Shown in pieces: positions 1 through 12,917 of a stretch of DNA of 64,000 bases. The position numbers and the translations under genes were made by a program. The stretch lies in the NCBI RefSeq assembly GCF_009914755.1, contig NC_060942.1; one strand, given 5' to 3'. Source of the DNA: the human T2T-CHM13v2.0 reference genome, Homo sapiens. Each line of letters starts with the position of its first letter. Positions within the stretch are counted from its first letter, which is position 1. The notes beneath the pieces are model-generated. The model saw nothing but the letters and a program-made list of their open reading frames with translations. It ran no database searches and had not been told where the DNA came from.

Positions 1-1599
1 ATCTGCAAGTGGATATTTGGCTAGTTTTGAGGATTTCGTTGGAAGCGGGAATTCATACAAATTGCAGACTGCAGCGTTCCGAGAAACATCTTTGTGATGT
101 TTGTATTCAGGACACAGAGTTGAACATTCCCTATCATAGAGCAGGTTGGAATCACTCCTTTTGTAGTATCTGAAAGTGGACATTTGGAGCGCTTTCAGGC
201 CTATGTTGGAAAAGGAAATATCTTCCCATAACAACTAGACAGAAGCATTCCCAGAAACTTATTTGAGATGTGTGTACTCAACTAAGAGAATTGAACCACC
301 GTTTTGAAGGAGCAGTTTTGAAACACTCTTTTTCTGGGATCTGCAAGTGGATATTTGGCTAGCTTTGGGGATTTCGCTGGAAGCGGGAATACATATAAAA
401 AGCACACAGCAGCGTTCTGAGAAACTGCTTTCTGATGTTTGCATTCAAGTCAAAAGTTGAACACTCCCTTTCATAGAGCAGTCTTGAAACACCCATTTTG
501 TAGTATCTGGAACTGGACATTTGGAGCGCTTTCAGGGCTAAGGTGAAAAAGGAAATATCTTCCCATAAAAACTGGACAGAAGCATTCTCACAAACTTGTT
601 TATGCTGTATCTACACAACTAACAAAGTTGAACCTTTCTTTTGATAGAGCAGTTTTGAAATGCTCTTTTTGTGGAATCTGCAAGTGGATATTTGGCTAGT
701 TTTGAGGATTTCGTTGGAAGCGGGAATTCATACAAGTTGCAGTTTGCAGCGTTCTGAGAAACATCTTTGTGATGATTGTATTCAGGACACAGAGTTGAAC
801 ATTCCCTATCATAGAGCAGGTTTGAATCACTCCTTTTGTAGTATCTGGAAGTGGACATTTGGAGCGCTTTCAGGCCTATGTTGAAAAAGGAAATATCTTC
901 CCATAACAACTAGACAGAAGCATTCTCAGAAACTTGTTTGTGATGTGTGCCCTCTACTGACAGAGTTGAACCTTTCTTTTCATAGAGCAGTTTCGAAACA
1001 CTCTTTTTGTAGAATCTGCAAGAGGATATTTGCATAGCTCTGAGGATTTCATGGGAAACGGGATTGTCTTCAGGTAAAATCTAGACAGAAGCATTCTCAG
1101 AAACTTCTTCGGGATGTTTGCATTCAAGTCACAGAGTAGAACATTCCCTTTGGTAGAGCAGGTTTGAAACACTCTTTTTGTAGTATCTGGAAGTGGACAT
1201 TTGGAGCGCTTTCAGGCCTATGTTGGAAAGGGAAATATCTTCCCGTAAAAACTAGGCAGAAGCATTCTCAGAAACTTATTTGAGATGTGTGTACTCAACT
1301 AAGAGAATTGAACCACCGTTTTGAAGGAGCAGTTTGGAAACACTCTTTTTCTGGAATCTGCAAGTGGATATTTGGCTAGCTTTGGGGATTTCGCTGGAAG
1401 CGGGAATACATATAAAAAGCACACAGCAGCGTTCTGAGAAACTACTTTCTGATGTTTGCATTCAAGTCAAAAGTTGAACACTCCCTTTCATAGAGCAGTC
1501 TTGAAACACCCCTTTTGTAGTATCTGGAACTGGACATTTGGAGTGCTTTCAGGGCTAAGTTGAAAAAGGAAATATCTTCCCATAAAAACTGGACAGAAG
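1..1599 (+). repeat. Divergent alpha-satellite segment with non-canonical dimer order (B/D-like, C, D, E, C-like, then jump to A)
   Basis: The C-type dimer appears twice 1017 bp apart (ORFs 259 and 1276; shared cattctcaCaaact at 591 and 1608). Many private SNVs (e.g. caagttgcagtttgcag, gtttgtgatgtgtgccctc). The E box is broken (tttcAtgggaaacggga, 1047-1063). Confidence 0.85.
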
Positions 1600-2958
1600 C
1601 ATTCTCACAAACTAGTTTCTGATGTGTGTCCTCAACTAACACAGTTGAACATTTCTTTAGACAGAACAGTTTTGAAACACTCTTTTTGTGGAATCTGCAA
1701 GTGGATATTTGGCTAGATTTGAGGATTTCGTTGGAAACGGGATTACATATAAAAAGCAGGCAGCAGCAATCTCAGAAACTTCTTTGTGATGATTGCATTC
1801 AAGTCACAGAATTGAACATTCCCTTTCACAGAGCAGGTTTGAAACACTCTTTTTGTAGTGTGTGTAAGTGGACATTTGGAGCGCTTTCCGGCCTAAGGTG
1901 AACAAGGAAATATCTTCCCATAAAAACTAGACAGAAGCATTCTCAGAAACTTACTCGTGATGTGTGTCCTCAACTAAAGGAGTAGAACCTTTCTTTTCAT
2001 AGAGAAGTTTTGAAACGCTCTTTTTGTGGAATCTGCAAGTGGATATTTGGCTAGTTTTGAGGATTTCGTTGGAAGAGGGAATTCATACAAATTGCAGACT
2101 GCAGCGTTCTGAGAAACATCTTTGTGATGTTTGTATTCAGGACACAGAGTTGAACATTCCCTATCATAGAGCAGGTTGGGATCACTCCTTTTGTAGTATC
2201 TGGAAGTGGACATTTGGAGCGCTTTCAGGCCTATGTTGAAAAAGGAAAAATCTTCCCATAACAACTAGACAGAAGCATTCTCAGAAACTTGTTGGTGATG
2301 TGTTTCCTCTACTGACAGAGTTGAACCTTTCTTTTCATAGAGCAGTTTCGAAACACTCTTTTTGTAGAATCTGCAAGAGGATATTTGCATAGCTCTGAGG
2401 ATTTCGTGGGAAACGGGATTGTCTTCAGGTAAAATCTAGACAGAAGCATTCTCAGAAACTTCATCGGGATGTTCGCATTCAAGTCACAGAGTAGAACATT
2501 CCCTTTGGTAGAGCAGGTTTGAAACACTCTTTTTGTAGTATCTGGAAGTGGACATTTGTTGCGCTTTCAGGCCTATGTTGGAAAGGGAAATATCTTCCCG
2601 TAACAACTAGGCAGAAGCATTCTCAGAAACTTATTTGAGATGTGTGTACTCAACTAAGAGAATTGAACCACCGTTTTGAAGGAGCAGTTTGGAAACACTC
2701 TTTTTCTGGAATCTGCAAGAGGATATTTGACTAGCTTTGAGGATTTCGTTGGAAAAGGGATTGTCTTCAGATCAAATCTAGACAGAAGCATTCTCAGAAA
2801 CTTCTTTGGGATGTTTGCATTCAAGTCACAGAGTAGAACATTCCTTTGGTAGAGCAGGTTTGAAACACTCTTTTTTTAGTATATGGAAGTGGACATTTGG
2901 AGCGCTTTCAGGCCTACGTTGGAAAAGGAAATATCTTCCCATAACAACTAGACAGAAG
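1600..2958 (+). repeat. 8-mer HOR variant #1 (1359 bp; A, B/D hybrid, E, F)
   Basis: Spacing between A-dimer starts is 1359 bp (ORFs 1626 to 2985). The B-type start cttactcgtg joins D-type caaattgcag/ggttgggatc, and the C dimer is absent. Confidence 0.93.
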
Positions 2959-4992
2959 CATTCTCAGAAACTAGTTTCTGATGTGTGTCCTCAACTAACA
3001 CAGTTGAATATTTCTTTAGACAGAACAGTTTTGAAACACTCTTTTTGTGGAATCTGCAAGTGGATATTTGGCTAGATTTGAGGATTTCGTTGGAAACGGG
3101 ATTACATATAAAAAGCAGACAGCAGCATTCTCAGAAACTTCTTTGTGATGATTGCATTCAAGTCACAGAATTGAACATTCCCTTTCACAGAGCAGGTTTG
3201 AAACACTCTTTTTGTAGTGTGTGTAAGTGGACATTTGGAGCGCTTTCCGGCCTAAGGTGAACAAGGAAATATCTTCCCATAAAAACTAGACAGAAGCATT
3301 CTCAGAAACTTACTCGTGATGTGTGTCCTCAACTAAAGGAGTAGAACCTTTCTTTTCATAGAGAAGTTTTGAAACGCTCTTTTTGTGGAATCTGCAAGTG
3401 GATATTTGGCTAGTTTTGAGGATTTCGTTGGAAGCGGGAATTCATACAAGATGCAGACTGCAGCGTTCTGAGAAACATCTTTGTGATGTTTGTATTCAGG
3501 ACACAGAGTTGAACATTCCCTATCATAGAGCAGGTTTGAATCACTCCTTTTGTAGTATCTGGAAGTGGACATTTGGAGCGCTTTCAGGCCTATGTTGGAA
3601 AAGGAAATATCTTCCCATAACAACTAGACAGAAGCATTCCCAGAAACTTATTTGAGATGTGTGTACTCAACTAAGAGAATTGAACCACCGTTTTGAAGGA
3701 GCAGTTTGGAAACACTCTTTTTCTGGAATCTGCAAGTGGATATTTGGCTAGCTTTGGGGATTTCGCTGGAAGCGGGAATACATATAAAAAGCACACAGCA
3801 GCGTTCTGAGAAACTGCTTTCTGATGTTTGCATTCAAGTCAAAAGTTGAACACTCCCTTTCATAGAGCAGTCTTGAAACACCCCTTTTGTAGTATGTGGA
3901 ACTGGACATTTGGAGCGCTTTCAGGGCTAAGGTGAAAAAGGAAATATCTTCCCATAAAAACTGGACAGAAGCATTCTCAGAAACTTGTTTATGCTGTATC
4001 TACTCAACTAACAATGTTGAACCTTTCTTTTGATAGAGCAGTTTTGAAATGCTCTTTTTGTGGAATCTGCAAGTGGATATTTGGCTAGTTTTGAGGATTT
4101 CGTTGGAAGCGGGAATTCATACAAATTGCAGACTGCAGCGTTCTGAGAAACATCTTTGTGATGTTTGTATTCAGGACACAGAGTTGAACATTCCCTATCA
4201 TAGAGCAGGTTGGGATCACTCCTTTTGTAGTATCTGGAAGTGGACATTTGGAGCGCTTTCAGGCCTATGTTGAAAAAGGAAAAATCTTCCCATAGCAACT
4301 AGACAGAAGCATTCTCAGAAACTTGTTGGTGATGTGTTTCCTCTACTGACAGAGTTGAACCTTTCTTTTCATAGAGCAGTTTCGAAACACTCTTTTTGTA
4401 GAATCTGCAAGAGGATATTTGCATAGCTCTGAGGATTTCGTGGGAAACGGGATTGTCTTCAGGTAAAATCTAGACAGAAGCATTCTCAGAAACTTCATCG
4501 GGATGTTCGCATTCAAGTCACAGAGTAGAACATTCCCTTTGGTAGAGCAGGTTTGAAACACTCTTTTTGTAGTATCTGGAAGTGGACATTTGTTGCGCTT
4601 TCAGGCCTATGTTGGAAAGGGAAATATCTTCCCGTAACAACTAGGCAGAAGCATTCTCAGAAACTTATTTGAGATGTGTGTACTCAACTAAGAGAATTGA
4701 ACCACCGTTTTGAAAGAGCAGTTTGGAAACACTCTTTTTCTGGAATCTGCAAGAGGATATTTGCCTAGCTTTGAGGATTTCGTTGGAAAAGGGATTGTCT
4801 TCAGATCAAATCTAGACAGAAGCATTCTCAGAAACTTCTTTGGGATGTTTGCATTCAAGTCACAGAGTAGAACATTCCTTTGGTAGAGCAGGTTTGAAAC
4901 ACTCTTTTTTTAGTATATGGAAGTGGACATTTGGAGCGCTTTCAGGCCTACGTTGGAAAAGGAAATATCTTCCCATAACAACTAGACAGAAG
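2959..4992 (+). repeat. 12-mer HOR (2034 bp)
   Basis: All six dimers A-F in order; ORF spacing 2985 to 5019. Confidence 0.95.
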
Positions 4993-6351
4993 CATTCTCA
5001 GAAACTAGTTTCTGATGTGTGTCCTCAACTAACACAGTTGAACATTTCTTTAGACAGAACAGTTTTGAAACACTCTTTTTGTGGAATCTGCAAGTGGATA
5101 TTTGGCTAGATTTGAGGATTTCGTTGGAAACGGGATTACATTTAAAAAGCAGACAGCAGCATTCTCAGAAACTTCTTTGTGATGATTGCATTCAAGTCAC
5201 AGAATTGAACATTCCCTTTCACAGAGCAGGTTTGAAACACTCTTTTTGTAGTGTGTGTAAGTGGACATTTGGAGCGCTTTCCGGCCTAAGGTGAACAAGG
5301 AAATATCTTCCCATAAAAACTAGACAGAAGCATTCTCAGAAACTTACTCGTGATGTGTGTCCTCAACTAAAGGAGTAGAACCTTTCTTTTCATAGAGAAG
5401 TTTTGAAACGCTCTTTTTGTGGAATCTGCAAGTGGATATTTGGCTAGTTTTGAGGATTTCGTTGGAAGAGGGAATTCATACAAATTGCAGACTGCAGCGT
5501 TCTGAGAAACATCTTTGTGATGTTTGTATTCAGGACACAGAGTTGAACATTCCCTATCATAGAGCAGGTTGGGATCACTCCTTTTGTAGTATCTGGAAGT
5601 GGACATTTGGAGCTCTTTCAGGCCTATGTTGAAAAAGGAAAAATCTTCCCATAACAACTAGACAGAAGCATTCTCAGAAACTTGTTGGTGATGTGTTTCC
5701 TCTACTGACAGAGTTGAACCTTTCTTTTCATAGAGCAGTTTCGAAACACTCTTTTTGTAGAATCTGCAAGAGGATATTTGCATAGCTCTGAGGATTTCGT
5801 GGGAAACGGGATTGTCTTCAGGTAAAATCTAGACAGAAGCATTCTCAGAAACTTCTTCGGGATGTTTGCATTCAAGTCACAGAGTAGAACATTCCCTTTG
5901 GTAGAGCAGGTTTGAAACACTCTTTTTGTAGTATCTGGAAGTGGACATTTGTTGCGCTTTCAGGCCTATGTTGGAAAGGGAAATATCTTCCCGTAACAAC
6001 TAGGCAGAAGCATTCTCAGAAACTTATTTGAGATGTGTGTACTCAACTAAGAGAATTGAACCACCGTTTTGAAGGAGCAGTTTGGAAACACTCTTTTTCT
6101 GGAATCTGCAAGAGGATATTTGCCTAGCTTTGAGGATTTCGTTGGAAAAGGGATTGTCTTCAGATCAAATCTAGACAGAAGCATTCTCAGAAACTTCTTT
6201 GGGATGTTTGCATTCAAGTCACAGAGTAGAACATTCCTTTGGTAGAGCAGGTTTGAAACACTCTTTTTTTAGTATATGGAAGTGGACATTTGGAGCGCTT
6301 TCAGGCCTACGTTGGAAAAGGAAATATCTTCCCATAACAACTAGACAGAAG
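4993..6351 (+). repeat. 8-mer HOR variant #2 (1359 bp)
   Basis: ORF spacing 5019 to 6378. Same B/D junction and same ggaagAggga box variant as 8-mer #1. Confidence 0.93.
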
Positions 6352-9300
6352 CATTCTCAGAAACTAGTTTCTGATGTGTGTCCTCAACTAACACAGTTGA
6401 ACATTTCTTTAGACAGAACAGTTTTGAAACACTCTTTTTGTGGAATCTGCAAGTGGATATTTGGCTAGATTTGAGGATTTCGTTGGAAACGGGATTACAT
6501 ATAAAAAGCAGACAGCAGCATTCTCAGAAACTTCTTTGTGATGATTGCATTCAAGTCACAGAATTGAACATTCCCTTTCACAGAGCAGGTTTGAAACACT
6601 CTTTTTGTAGTGTGTGTAAGTGGACATTTAGAGCGCTTTCCGGCCTAAGGTGAACAAGGAAATATCTTCCCATAAAAACTAGACAGAAGCATTCTCAGAA
6701 ACTTACTCGTGATGTGTGTCCTCAACTAAAGGAGTAGAACCTTTCTTTTCATAGAGAAGTTTTGAAACGCTCTTTTTGTGGAATCTGCAAGTGGATATTT
6801 GGCTAGTTTTGAGGATTTCGTTGGAAGCGGGAATTCATACAAGATGCAGACTGCAGCGTTCTGAGAAACATCTTTGTGATGTTTGTATTCAGGACACAGA
6901 GTTGAACATTCCCTATCATAGAGCAGGTTTGAATCACTCCTTTTGTAGTATCTGGAAGTGGACATTTGGAGCGCTTTCAGGCCTATGTTGGAAAAGGAAA
7001 TATCTTCCCATAACAACTAGACAGAAGCATTCCCAGAAACTTATTTGAGATGTGTGTACTCAACTAAGAGAATTGAACCACCGTTTTGAAGGAGCAGTTT
7101 GGAAACACTCTTTTTCTGGAATCTGCAAGTGGATATTTGGCTAGCTTTGGGGATTTCGCTGGAAGCGGGAATACATATAAAAAGCACACAGCAGCGTTCT
7201 GAGAAACTGCTTTCTGATGTTTGCATTCAAGTCAAAAGTTGAACACTCCCTTTCATAGAGCAGTCTTGAAACACCCCTTTTGTAGTATGTGGAACTGGAC
7301 ATTTGGAGCGCTTTCAGGGCTAAGGTGAAAAAGGAAATATCTTCCCATAAAAACTGGACAGAAGCATTCTCAGAAACTTGTTTATGCTGTATCTACTCAA
7401 CTAACAATGTTGAACCTTTCTTTTGATAGAGCAGTTTTGAAATGCTCTTTTTGTGGAATCTGCAAGTGGATATTTGGCTAGTTTTGAGGATTTCGTTGGA
7501 AGCGGGAATTCATACAAATTGCAGACTGCAGCGTTCTGAGAAACATCTTTGTGATGTTTGTATTCAGGACACAGAGTTGAACATTCCCTATCATAGAGCA
7601 GGTTGGGATCACTCCTTTTGTAGTATCTGGAAGTGGACATTTGGAGCGCTTTCAGGCCTATGTTGAAAAAGGAAAAATCTTCCCATAGCAACTAGACAGA
7701 AGCATTCTCAGAAACTTGTTGGTGATGTGTTTCCTCTACTGACAGAGTTGAACCTTTCTTTTCATAGAGCAGTTTCGAAACACTCTTTTTGTAGAATCTG
7801 CAAGAGGATATTTGCATAGCTCTGAGGATTTCGTGGGAAACGGGATTGTCTTCAGGTAAAATCTAGACAGAAGCATTCTCAGAAACTTCATCGGGATGTT
7901 CGCATTCAAGTCACAGAGTAGAACATTCCCTTTGGTAGAGCAGGTTTGAAACACTCTTTTTGTAGTATCTGGAAGTGGACATTTGTTGCGCTTTCAGGCC
8001 TATGTTGGAAAGGGAAATATCTTCCCGTAACAACTAGGCAGAAGCATTCTCTGAAACTTATTTGAGATGTGTGTACTCAACTAAGAGAATTGAACCACCG
8101 TTTTGAAGGAGCAGTTTGGAAACACTCTTTTTCTGGAATCTGCAAGAGGATATTTGCCTAGCTTTGAGGATTTCGTTGGAAAAGGGATTGTCTTCAGATC
8201 AAATCTAGACAGAAGCATTCTCAGAAACTTCTTTGGGATGTTTGCATTCAAGTCACAGAGTAGAACATTCCTTTGGTAGAGCAGGTTTGAAACACTCTTT
8301 TTTTAGTATATGGAAGTGGACATTTGGAGCGCTTTCAGGCCTACGTTGGAAAAGGAAATATCTTCCCATAACAACTAGACAGAAGCATTCTCAGAAACTA
8401 GTTTCTGATGTGTGTCCTCAACTAACACAGTTGAACATTTCTTTAGACAGAACAGTTTTGAAACACTCTTTTTGTGGAATCTGCAAGTGGATATTTGGCT
8501 AGATTTGAGGATTTCGTTGGAAACGGGATTACATTTAAAAAGCAGACAGCAGCATTCTCAGAAACTTCTTTGTGATGATTGCATTCAAGTCACAGAATTG
8601 AACATTCCCTTTCACAGAGCAGGTTTGAAACACTCTTTTTGTAGTGTGTGTAAGTGGACATTTGGAGCGCTTTCCGGCCTAAGGTGAACAAGGAAATATC
8701 TTCCCATAAAAACTAGACAGAAGCATTCTCAGAAACTTACTCGTGATGTGTGTCCTCAACTAAAGGAGTAGAACCTTTCTTTTCATAGAGAAGTTTTGAA
8801 ACGCTCTTTTTGTGGAATCTGCAAGTGGATATTTGGCTAGTTTTGAGGATTTCGTTGGAAGCGGGAATTCATACAAGATGCAGACTGCAGCGTTCTGAGA
8901 AACATCTTTGTGATGTTTGTATTCAGGACACAGAGTTGAACATTCCCTATCATAGAGCAGGTTTGAATCACTCCTTTTGTAGTATCTGGAAGTGGACATT
9001 TGGAGCGCTTTCAGGCCTATGTTGGAAAAGGAAATATCTTCCCATAACAACTAGACAGAAGCATTCCCAGAAACTTATTTGAGATGTGTGTACTCAACTA
9101 AGAGAATTGAACCACCGTTTTGAAGGAGCAGTTTGGAAACACTCTTTTTCTGGAATCTGCAAGTGGATATTTGGCTAGCTTTGGGGATTTCGCTGGAAGC
9201 GGGAATACATATAAAAAGCACACAGCAGCGTTCTGAGAAACTGCTTTCTGATGTTTGCATTCAAGTCAAAAGTTGAACACTCCCTTTCATAGAGCAGTCT

Positions 9301-10419
9301 TGAAACACCCCTTTTGTAGTATCTGGAACTGGACATTTGGAGCGCTTTCAGGGCTAAGGTGAAAAAGGAAATATCTTCCCATAAAAACTGGACAGAAGCA
9401 TTCTCAGAAACTTGTTTATGCTGTATCTGCTCAACTAACAAAGTTGAACCTTTCTTTTGATAGAGCAGTTTTGAAATGCTCTTTTTGTGGAATCTGCAAG
9501 TGGATATTTGGCTAGTTTTGAGGATTTCGTTGGAAGCGGGAATTCATACAAATTGCAGACTGCAGCGTTCTGAGAAACATCTTTGTGATGTTTGTACTCA
9601 GGACACAGAGTTGAACATTCCCTATCATAGAGCAGGTTGGGATCACTCCTTTTGTAGTATCTGGAAGTGGACATTTGGAGCGCTTTCAGGCCTATGTTGA
9701 AAAAGGAAAAATCTTCCCATAACAACTAGACAGAAGCATTCTCAGAAACTTGTTGGTGATGTGTTTCCTCTACTGACAGAGTTGAACCTTTCTTTTCATA
9801 GAGCAGTTTCAAAACACTCTTTATGTAGAATCTGCAAGAGGATATTTGCATAGCTCTGAGGATTTCGTGGGAAACGGGATTGTCTTCAGGTAAAATCTAG
9901 ACAGAAGCATTCTCAGAAACTTCTTCGGGATGTTTGCATTCAAGTCACAGAGTAGAACATTCCCTTTGGTAGAGCAGGTTTGAAACACTCTTTTTGTCGT
10001 ATCTGGAAGTGGACATTTGTTGCGCTTTCAGGCCTATGTTGGAAAGGGAAATATCTTCCCGTAACAACTAGGCAGAAGCATTCTCAGAAACTTATTTGAG
10101 ATGTGTGTACTCAACTAAGAGAATTGAACCACCGTTTTGAAGGAGCAGTTTGGAAACACTCTTTTTCTGGAATCTGCAAGAGGATATTTGCCTAGCTTTG
10201 AGGATTTCGTTGGAAAAGGGATTGTCTTCAGATCAAATCTAGACAGAAGCATTCTCAGAAACTTCTTTGGGATGTTTGCATTCAAGTCACAGAGTAGAAC
10301 ATTCCTTTGGTAGAGCAGGTTTGAAACACTCTTTTTTTAGTATATGGAAGTGGACATTTGGAGCGCTTTCAGGCCTACGTTGGAAAAGGAAATATCTTCC
10401 CATAACAACTAGACAGAAG
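6352..10419 (+). repeat. Two 12-mer HORs (6352-8385, 8386-10419)
   Basis: ORF spacing 6378 to 8412 to 10446, each 2034 bp. Confidence 0.95.
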
Positions 10420-11778
10420 CATTCTCAGAAACTAGTTTCTGATGTGTGTCCTCAACTAACACAGTTGAACATTTCTTTAGACAGAACAGTTTTGAAACAC
10501 TCTTTTTGTGGAATCTGCAAGTGGATATTTGGCTAGATTTGAGGATTTCGTTGGAAACGGGATTACATATAAAAAGCAGACAGCAGCATTCTCAGAAACT
10601 TCTTTGTGATGATTGCATTCAAGTCACAGAATTGAACATTCCCTTTCACAGAGCAGGTTTGAAACACTCTTTTTGTAGTGTGTGTAAGTGGACATTTGGA
10701 GCGCTTTCCGGCCTAAGGTGAACAAGGAAATATCTTCCCATAAAAACTAGACAGAAGCATTCTCAGAAACTTACTCGTGATGTGTGTCCTCAACTAAAGG
10801 AGTAGAACCTTTCTTTTCATAGAGAAGTTTTGAAACGCTCTTTTTGTGGAATCTGCAAGTGGATATTTGGCTAGTTTGGAGGATTTCGTTGGAAGCGGGA
10901 ATTCATACAAGATGCAGACTGCAGCGTTCTGAGAAACATCTTTGTGATGTTTGTATTCAGGACACAGAGTTGAACATTCCCTATCATAGAGCAGGGTTGA
11001 ATCACTCCTTTTGTAGTATCTGGAAGTGGACATTTGGAGCGCTTTCAGGCTTATGTTGAAAAAGGAAAAATCTTCCCATAACAACTAGACAGAAGCATTC
11101 TCAGAAACTTGTTGGTGATGTGTTTCCTCTACTGACAGAGTTGAACCTTTCTTTTCATAGAGCAGTTTCGAAACACTCTTTTTGTAGAATCTGCAAGAGG
11201 ATATTTGCATAGCTCTGAGGATTTCGTGGGAAACGGGATTGTCTTCAGGTAAAATCTAGACAGAAGCATTCTCAGAAACTTCTTCGGGATGTTTGCATTC
11301 AAGTCACAGAGTAGAACATTCCCTTTGGTAGAGCAGGTTTGAAACACTCTTTTTGTCGTATCTGGAAGTGGACATTTGTTGCGCTTTCAGGCCTATGTTG
11401 GAAAGGGAAATATCTTCCCGTAACAACTAGGCAGAAGCATTCTCAGAAACTTATTTGAGATGTGTGTACTCAACTAAGAGAATTGAACCACCGTTTTGAA
11501 GGAGCAGTTTGGAAACACTCTTTTTCTGGAATCTGCAAGAGGATATTTGCCTAGCTTTGAGGATTTCGTTGGAAAAGGGATTGTCTTCAGATCAAATCTA
11601 GACAGAAGCATTCTCAGAAACTTCTTTGGGATGTTTGCATTCAAGTCACAGAGTAGAACATTCCTTTGGTAGAGCAGGTTTGAAACACTCTTTTTTTAGT
11701 ATATGGAAGTGGACATTTGGAGCGCTTTCAGGCCTACGTTGGAAAAGGAAATATCTTCCCATAACAACTAGACAGAAG
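10420..11778 (+). repeat. 8-mer HOR variant #3 (1359 bp), different junction
   Basis: ORF spacing 10446 to 11805. B-type sequence (caagatgcag, ttgaatcac) continues to ~11000; D-type gttgaaaaaggaaaaat starts at ~11055. Confidence 0.92.
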
Positions 11779-11904
11779 CATTCTCAGAAACTAGTTTCTG
11801 ATGTGTGTCCTCAACTAACACAGTTGAACATTTCTTTAGACAGAACAGTTTTGAAACACTCTTTTTGTGGAATCTGCAAGTGGATATTTGGCTAGATTTG
11901 AGGA

Positions 11905-11921
11905 TTTCGTTGGAAACGGGA
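11905..11921 (+). promoter_or_regulatory. CENP-B box, dimer A (representative; recurs every HOR)
   Basis: tttcgttggaaacggga matches the 17-bp consensus YTTCGTTGGAARCGGGA. Confidence 0.95.
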
Positions 11922-12242
11922 TTACATATAAAAAGCAGACAGCAGCATTCTCAGAAACTTCTTTGTGATGATTGCATTCAAGTCACAGAATTGAACATTC
12001 CCTTTCACAGAGCAGGTTTGAAACACTCTTTTTGTAGTGTGTGTAAGTGGACATTTGGAGCGCTTTCCGGCCTAAGGTGAACAAGGAAATATCTTCCCAT
12101 AAAAACTAGACAGAAGCATTCTCAGAAACTTACTCGTGATGTGTGTCCTCAACTAAAGGAGTAGAACCTTTCTTTTCATAGAGAAGTTTTGAAACGCTCT
12201 TTTTGTGGAATCTGCAAGTGGATATTTGGCTAGTTTGGAGGA

Positions 12243-12259
12243 TTTCGTTGGAAGCGGGA
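12243..12259 (+). promoter_or_regulatory. CENP-B box, dimer B (representative)
   Basis: tttcgttggaagcggga, consensus match; overlaps an EcoRI site. Confidence 0.95.
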
Positions 12260-12580
12260 ATTCATACAAGATGCAGACTGCAGCGTTCTGAGAAACATCT
12301 TTGTGATGTTTGTATTCAGGACACAGAGTTGAACATTCCCTATCATAGAGCAGGTTTGAATCACTCCTTTTGTAGTATCTGGAAGTGGACATTTGGAGCG
12401 CTTTCAGGCCTATGTTGGAAAAGGAAATATCTTCCCATAACAACTAGACAGAAGCATTCCCAGAAACTTATTTGAGATGTGTGTACTCAACTAAGAGAAT
12501 TGAACCACCATTTTGAAGGAGCAGTTTGGAAACACTCTTTTTCTGGAATCTGCAAGTGGATATTTGGCTAGCTTTGGGGA

Positions 12581-12597
12581 TTTCGCTGGAAGCGGGA
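12581..12597 (+). promoter_or_regulatory. CENP-B box, dimer C (representative)
   Basis: tttcgctggaagcggga keeps the nine essential positions NTTCGNNNNANNCGGGN. Confidence 0.88.
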
Positions 12598-12917
12598 ATA
12601 CATATAAAAAGCACACAGCAGCGTTCTGAGAAACTGCTTTCTGATGTTTGCATTCAAGTCAAAAGTTGAACACTCCCTTTCATAGAGCAGTCTTGAAACA
12701 CCCCTTTTGTAGTATCTGGAACTGGACATTTGGAGCGCTTTCAGGGCTAAGGTGAAAAAGGAAATATCTTCCCATAAAAACTGGACAGAAGCATTCTCAG
12801 AAACTTGTTTATGCTGTATCTGCTCAACTAACAAAGTTGAACCTTTCTTTTGATAGAGCAGTTTTGAAATGCTCTTTTTGTGGAATCTGCAAGTGGATAT
12901 TTGGCTAGTTTTGAGGA

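Noticed and set aside
11925-11935. TATA-like catataaaaag downstream of the A and C CENP-B boxes
   Set aside because: It is an ordinary part of the monomer sequence, and nothing here supports promoter function.
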